Of a DNA stretch of 64,000 nt, positions 56,368 to 64,000 are shown one piece after another. Location: assembly GCF_009914755.1 (NCBI RefSeq), contig NC_060933.1, one strand, 5' to 3'. A program made the translations under genes and the position numbers. The first letter of the stretch is position 1; the number at the start of each line of letters is the position of its first letter. A model generated the notes under the pieces. It worked only from the letters and a program-made list of their open reading frames with translations. It ran no database searches and was not told the origin of the DNA. The stretch is from the human T2T-CHM13v2.0 reference genome, Homo sapiens.

Positions 56368-58561
56368 AAAACACTCTTCAGCAAATGCAAAAGAACTGAA
56401 GTATAACAGTCTCTTAGACCACAACATAATCAAATTAGAACTCAAGATTAAGAAATTCCACTCAAAACCACACAACTACATGGAAATTGAACAACCTGCT
56501 CCTGAATGATTCTTGGGTAAATAATGAAACAAAGGAAGAAATCAAGAAGTTCTTTGAAACTAATGAGAACACAGGGACAACACACCAGAATCTCTGGGAT
56601 GCAGCTAAAGCAGTGTTAAGAGGGAAATTTATAGCACTAAACGGCCACATCAGAAAGTTAGAAAGATCTCAAGTTAACAACCTAACATTTCAACTAAAAG
56701 AACTAGAGAACTAAGTGCAAACAAACCTCAAAGCTAGCAGAAGACAAGACTTAACCAAGATCAGTGGTGAAATGAAGAGAGAGACATAAAAAACCCTTCA
56801 AAAAAATCAACGAATCTAGGAGCTGGCTTTTGAAAAAATTAATAAAATAGACCACTAGCTAGGCTAATAAAGAAGAAAAGAGAGAAGAATCAAGTAAACA
56901 CAATCAAAAATGACAAGGAGGATATCACCACTGACCCCATGGAAACACAATCATCAGAGAATACTATAAACACCTGTATGCACATAAACTAGAAAATCTA
57001 AAAGAAGTAGGTAAATTCCTGGACACATACACCCTCTCCCCAGACTGAACCAGGAAGAAATTCAATGCCTCAATAGCCAAGCAATAGTTCTGAAATTGAG
57101 GCAGTAATAAATAGCCTACCAACAACAACAACAACAAAAACCGAGGACCAGAGGAATTCACAGCTGAATTCCATCAGAGGGACAAAGAAAAGCTGATGCC
57201 ATTTCTACTGAGACTATTCCAAACAACTGAAAAGGAGGGACTCCTCCCTAACTCTTTCTGTGAGGCCAGCATCATCTTGATACCCAAACCTGGCAGAGAT
57301 GTAACAAAAGAGGATAACTTGAGGCCAATATCCCTGATGAACGTCAATGCAAAAATCCTCAACAAAATACTGGCAAACTGAATCCATCAGCACAGCAAAA
57401 AGCTTATCCACCACAATCAAGTTGGCTTCATCCCCAGGATGCAAGGTTAGTTCAACATATGCAAATCAATAAATGTGATTCATTACATAAACAGGACTGA
57501 AGACAAAAACAATACGATTATCTTAATAGATGCAGAAAAAGCCTTCAATAAAATTCAACATCCCTTCAGGTTAAAAACTCTCAATAAACTAGATATTGAA
57601 GGATGATACCTCAAAATAATAAGAGTCATATATGGCAAACCCATAGCCAACATCATACTGAAAAGCCGAAAGCATTCCCCTTGAAAACTGGCACAAGACA
57701 AGGATGCCCTCCCTCACCACTCCTATTCAACGTAGTATTGGAAGTTCTGACCAGGGCAATCAGGCAAGAGAAAAAAATAAACAGTATTCAAACAAGAAGA
57801 GAGGAAGTCAAATTATCTGTTTTGCACATGCCATGAGCCTATATCTGGAAAACCCCATCATCTCAACCCAAAAGCTTAAGCTGATAAGCAACTTCAGGAA
57901 ATTCTCAGGACACAAAATCAATGTGCAAAATGGCTAGCATTCCTATACATCAACAATAGGGAAGCAGAGAACCAAATCATTAATGAATTCCCATTCACAA
58001 TTGCTACAAAAAAAGAATAAAATAGCTAGGTATACAGCTAACAAGGGAAGTGAAGGACCTCTTCAAAAAGAACTACAAACCACCGCTCAAAGAAGTTGGA
58101 GAGGACACACACACACACACAAAATGGAGAAACATTCCATACTCATGGACAGGAAGAATCAATATTGTCAGAATGGCCATACTGCCCAAAGTAATTTATA
58201 CATTCAATGCCATTCCCAGTAAACAACCATTGACATTCTTCACAAAGTTAGAAAAAACTATTTTACAATTCATATGGAACGAAAAATGAGACTGAAGAGC
58301 CAAGACAATCCTCAGCAAAAAGAACAACACTGGAGGCATCATGCTACCTGACTTCAAACTATACTACAAGGCTACAGTAACCAAAACAGCGTGGTACTGG
58401 TACAAGAACAGATGCACAGATCAATGGAACAGAATACAGAACTCAGAAATAAGACCACATACCTACAATCATCTGACCTTAGAAAAACCTGGGGGAGAGC
58501 TGACTAGCCATATGCAGAAAATTGACACTGGACCCCTCCCTTACACCATATACAAAAATCA

Positions 58562-58909
<348 letters not shown>

Positions 58910-61374
58910 TTATAAACCCTAGAAGAAAATCTAGGCCATATCATTCAGGACATAGGCATGAGCAAAGATTTCATGACAAAAATGCCAAAACCAATTGTAA
59001 CAAGAGCAAAAATTTAAAAATGGGATATAATTAAACTGAAGAGTTTCTGCAGAGCAGAAACTCTAACATGAGAGTGAACAAACAACCTGCAGAATGAGAG
59101 AACTTTTTTGAAATCTATCCATCTGACAAAGGTCTAATATCCAGGGTCTGCAAGGAACTTAAATTTACAAAAAAGAAAAAAAAACCCATTAAAAGGTGGG
59201 CAAAGGACATGAACAGACACTTTTCAAAATAAGACACATGCAACCAACAAACATATGAAAAAAAGCTCAACATCACTGATCATTAGAGAAGTGCAAATCA
59301 AAACCACAATGAGATACCATTTTATGACAGTCAGAATGGCTATTATTAAAAAGTCAAAAAACAACAGATGCTGGTGAGGTTGTGGAGAAAAAGGAATGCT
59401 TTTACATCATTGGTGGGAGTGTAAATTAGTTTAACCATTGTGGAAGACAGTGTGGCAATTCCTCAAAGACCTAGAGGCAGAAATACTATTCGACCCAGCA
59501 ATCCATTACTGGGTATATACCCCCCAAAATAGAAATCATTCTATTATAAAGATACATGCATGTGTATGTTCATTGCAGCACTATTCACAAAAACAAAGAC
59601 ATGGAATCAACTAAATGCCCATTAATGATAGACAAGATAAAGGAAATGTGGTACATATACACCATAGAATACTATGCAGCCATAAAAAGGAACGAGATTA
59701 TGTCCTTTGTAGGGACATGGATGGAGTTGGAAGCCGTTATCCTCAGCAAACTAATGCAGGAACAGAAAAGCAAATACTCCATGTTCTCATTCATGTGTGG
59801 GAGCACAATGATGAGAACCCATGGACATATGGGGAGAACACCATACACTGGGGTCTTTCAGAATAGGGAGGGAAGGGAGAGCATCAGAAAAAATAGCTAA
59901 TGGATGCAGGACTTAATACCTAGGTGATGGGCTGATCTGTGCAGCAAACCACCATGGCACACATTTGCCTTTGTAACAAACCTGCACATCCTGCACATGT
60001 ACCCCTGAACCTAAAATAAAAGTTGAAGAAAAAAAATCACTAGGGTAAGCCCAGATTCAAAGGGAAGGGAATATTGACCCTGCCTCTCAATGGGAGGATT
60101 GTCAAAGAATCACAGAGGCCTTTTTAAACCATTGTAATTGTACTATCTAGCCTTGCACCATGTTAGACTAAATAACATACAGCAGAAATAACAAAAAACT
60201 ATAACAAAAACTATAAACCTGAAGAACTCCTGGTTTTTCTACCTTTTTTTCATCTTCTTTCTCCTTCTTTTTCAGGATATATACCCCTCATCTTTTCATT
60301 GAATTATGGCCATTCCACTACCTATGTAAAACAAAAATTTCACCAAAATAGCAACTGAATTAATTGGTTAAGTCTTTCTTTAACTTTAACTTTCATCTTA
60401 GGTTGGTCCTTATTATATTTGGTATATACTTATTAAGCATATATTACCTGCTGGGTAGCATGCTACTTAAGTAGTTAGAATTATTGGTCATTGGGGTAGA
60501 AAAAAGGAAGGAGGGCAGAATTTATTTCAGTTCACCATGCTTCAAATCCAAAATATTGTTCTTTTTGGCATACAAACTTTAAATTCCAAGATATATTTAA
60601 TTCTGCCATTCAAATATCAAGAATTATCTTTCTGATACATCTCTTTACTTTGTCTCTAAGGAAATACAGTTTAAAATATTCCACTATCCTCTCAGTGGAA
60701 AACTTGCTTTATTTATATTTTTAGTATAGGTTCATTCTCAATATTTGGAAACTTTAAGAAGTTTTTTCAAATATTTACTTAAAAATAAATTGTAGCTAAA
60801 AACATCAGATACCCTCCAAAGTCCTGTGAGTCTCTAGGTCCTCGAGATGATTTGAAAAGCAAGAACAATGAATTGCATGATCCAAGTCTGAGAAAAACAC
60901 CCCAGGTGTATCTCGTCAACAAGAGAGTCGGCATAAGAAAACCACATTACAACACCAGCTTTCTGTGTAAGGCTCCAATGCAGTATACACAGTACGGCCC
61001 CAATACTACAAAGAAATGAGATGAAAAGCCTACCTTAGCAAAATGTTTAATATAATTTTAAGAGATTGTTGTTGGGTTTCTAGAACCTACTCACCAGATC
61101 AGGACGACCTGCTTGGGAGCTTGTGTTGATGAGAATAGAACTAAGGGTCTACTCATTTTGGGGGTGGGAGGGTTCTTAAATGTATGCTAATATTTTTAAG
61201 TTGACCTCTTTATTTCAGGATTAAGTTTTCAGGTTTGACAAAGAAAAACAAAACCTTTCCATTTCCAATTCAAAATGTGTGTTGAAATACACATCCTATT
61301 ACAGTGTACTCTGAGGAAGTATTTATTAAATGCCAATCTATCTACCAGTTTTATCAGAAATCATCCGGAAACTG

Positions 61375-61507
61375 TTAAAACAATAGAGTCCTGAGACTTT
61401 AGAGATTCTGGTTCAGTAGATTCTGAAGGCTTTTTAAAAAAAACAATGAGAAATATTTTAAAATCTTTAGCTGATTCTAATGAGCATCCAGGTTTGAGTC
61501 TCTACTG
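61375..61507. mobile_element. MER5-like hAT-Charlie fragment
   Basis: agagattctggttcagtagattctg...gctgattctaatgagcatccaggtttgagtctctactg. Confidence 0.6.
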
Positions 61508-61681
61508 TAAGGAATAATTCACGTCATTTCATTTGTACTGGAATTTTTATCTATATTAAATTGACTGAAATAAGAAAAATGTTGACTAGAACTTATTGAT
61601 CTTTTGGATATGGTACTATTTTTGTAGTAACAGGTCCAGACTTACATTAATTGAAGTTAGGAGAGTGGAAATTAAATGTTG

Positions 61682-61825
61682 ATTTTCTTTTCTTCTTTCC
61701 AACTTTTATTTTAGATTCAAGGGATACATGTGCAGGTTTGTTATGTGGGTCAATTGTGTGTTGCGGCATTTTGGTGTACAATTTTGTCACCCAGGTAATC
61801 AGCATAATACGCAATAGGTTATTTC
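61682..61825 (-). mobile_element. Short L1PA15/16-like 3' end
   Basis: ccaacttttattttagattcaagggatacatgtgcaggtttgttatgtggg. Confidence 0.85.
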
Positions 61826-62477
61826 AGTACTTCTAAGGGATTAAAATACACTTGGCATTTCATTTATCTCCAGGCATCTCTTACTGTATGTTGAGGGAAA
61901 AAAGCCTGGGACAGATGAAGCAAGATTTAAAAAAATAATATCTGGACGTGTCTTCACATAACAGGTGCTCAATAAATATTACAGGGATGGATGAATGATT
62001 AAATAAATGAATGAATAAATGAATAATACCCAAACTAGGTAGTCATTAACAGGAATAAAAAGCATTCCTCTTCCTACATGTTATGTATGTCAAACTCTCA
62101 ACTGAAAAAATATGTATTTGTCATAGGGAGGCACAGAATCCACAGCATTGGCTCCTATAACCTGGGGTCTCTCCAGAAAAAGATTCCTAGCATGTGTCCC
62201 AAGAGGAAGGAGCCACAGAAGGATCCCAGAACTTTCATTTTTCCAACTTCTTACTAACGCAGTATTTCCATAAATCTGGAAAGTCTTTAGGAGACCCACA
62301 GCTGCTCTGATTTCAAATAAAGCTGAGGAATAGTAGCCCACCTCTATGCAATCGTAGCTTTCAAAAAATTCTCAAAACTTGAAACTTTGAAATTTGGTGT
62401 TTCAGAGTTTAGTGGCCCCAGAGCAATGCAGATCATTCCCTAAAATCTCACGACCCACGAGGGGTCTGCAGGCTCAA

Positions 62478-62660
62478 CAATAATGATAATGAAATAGCTA
62501 TTGTGATGAATATTAAGCATTTTCTAACACATGCTAAGTGCTTTACATATATTATTAGCTTGCTTTATCTCGCAAGAACACCATACATTCTGATAATCCT
62601 TTTTTCTCATTGTTATTATTAGTTTACCAAAAAAGAAAGTGAGACTTTGGGAGAAGTTGA
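62478..62660 (-). mobile_element. MIR fragment
   Basis: atgctaagtgctttacatatattattagc...aaagaaagtgagactttgggagaagtt. Confidence 0.6.
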
Positions 62661-62846
62661 GGCTTTTTAGAGAAATTGAATCAATATTACAATATTACAG
62701 TGACCATACATAATCCTTTACTTAAATTTAACAATTTTTTTCATATTTTTTCACATGTGATTTACTGTCTTCCTCTCCCTCTCCCTATCTTTATAGGAGT
62801 CTGCTCTGTGTTTGAGTAGAAAAGGGTAGAGAAGCGGGAGCAAGGG

Positions 62847-62937
62847 ACACACACACACATACATACTACACAACACACACATACACACACACTCCATGCA
62901 TACCACACAACACACACACACACCACACACACACACA
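62847..62937. repeat. Imperfect (CA)n microsatellite
   Basis: CA-rich tract. Confidence 0.93.
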
Positions 62938-63511
62938 ATTTTACTGACCCATTTGAAGGCAATTTGCAGACTTCATACCATGTCACCCGTAACATTTCAA
63001 CACATATCTTTTTAAAATAAGGAAATTCTCCTACAAACCGTGATACCACTGTCATAACTAACAAAATTAACAAAACTTCCATAATATCATCAAATACACA
63101 GTTCATATACAAACTTCCATAATGTTTGTGGGGTGTTTTTAACAGCAGTTTAACAGATTTCACAGATAAATAGATATTTAAACAGAAGATTAGTAACTGT
63201 TTGGGTCAGTGAATAATTGTAACTAGAACTGAATGTGTTTACATATGTTCTGAGACAGAAAAAAAAATAGAATTCTTGAAGGAAACCATTCCACAGGATG
63301 TACCCACTCTGAACATCAGAATTTTCACTCCAATCCTTAAGCAGGGTCCGCCAGGGCCAGGTACTCATCTATAATAATTCCTGGGAAGTTATTCACCCCT
63401 AGAATTGTATGAAGCTAGCAGTGACAGAAAGGGTAAACAACGTGTGGCTCACTCTGTCTTCTGTGCTCCAAAATTTCAAGCATTTAGAGAGAACTTTAAA
63501 AAGGAGTTGAC

Positions 63512-63742
63512 CAATGAGAATGGACACATGGTAGGGAACAACACACACTGGGGGCTGTCACAGTGGGTGGGGTGGGCCCACAGGGAGGAAGAGCATCAGG
63601 AAGAATAGCTAATGAATGCTGGGCTTAATACCCAAGTGATGGATTGATAGGTGCAGCAAACCACCATGGCACACATTTACCTATGTAACAAACCTGCACA
63701 TCCTGCACATGTACCCTGGAACTTAAAAGTTGAAGGAAAAAA
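63512..63742 (+). mobile_element. Short old L1PA 3' end
   Basis: caatgagaatggacacatgg...gagcatcaggaagaatagctaatg...gtaccctggaacttaaaag. Confidence 0.9.
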
Positions 63743-64000
63743 GAGGTTGGGGCATAAATTAAATATTTGGAAATAACAGGCAGAAGGTTGTGGGGCTTTC
63801 CCCATGCTGCCCCCACCCAATGCCAGAATGATGTTTCCCTGGATTTTAGACCAAAAGAATGAAGGGGATCTGCATGGAGCTAACCTCTAAAGTGGGAGCC
63901 AGAAGCAGCAGAGAGAACCATGAGGTGCCCAACATAGCAATTAAGCAGTAGTCTTCTGGATGGGGGAGGCTACTTGAATAGAAACAAGGGCTTTCAGCAC

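Overview
Primate (most likely human) non-coding genomic DNA. It is AT-rich, CpG-depleted and dominated by interspersed repeats: about 19 Alu copies or monomers, many LINE-1 fragments of different ages, L2, MIR, MaLR/ERVL LTRs and DNA-transposon fossils. I recognise no cellular protein-coding gene. All long ORFs are LINE-1 ORF2 remnants, Alu/LTR read-through or simple-repeat artefacts. Main landmarks are a full-length old L1PA (50.2-60.0 kb) carrying a nested young L1PA2/3 with a nearly intact RT-to-C-terminus frame, two internally deleted L1s, and a U6 snRNA retropseudogene. The least explained structures are: (1) a 360-bp composite insertion at 14.11-14.47 kb copied from two separate downstream loci of this window (28.0 kb and 18.1 kb) and flanked by a 7-bp microhomology repeat; (2) a ~41-nt hairpin plus poly(A) mini-retrocopy at 9.03-9.09 kb; (3) a fold-back palindrome patch replacing L1 sequence at 26.3 kb; (4) two dense TF-motif clusters in unique DNA (three CACGTG at 15.8 kb; E-box/RUNX/ETS/octamer/TATA at 32.96 kb). 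I find no evidence for a novel protein-encoded system. Repeat subfamily names are from recalled consensus sequences, and boundaries of old repeats are approximate.
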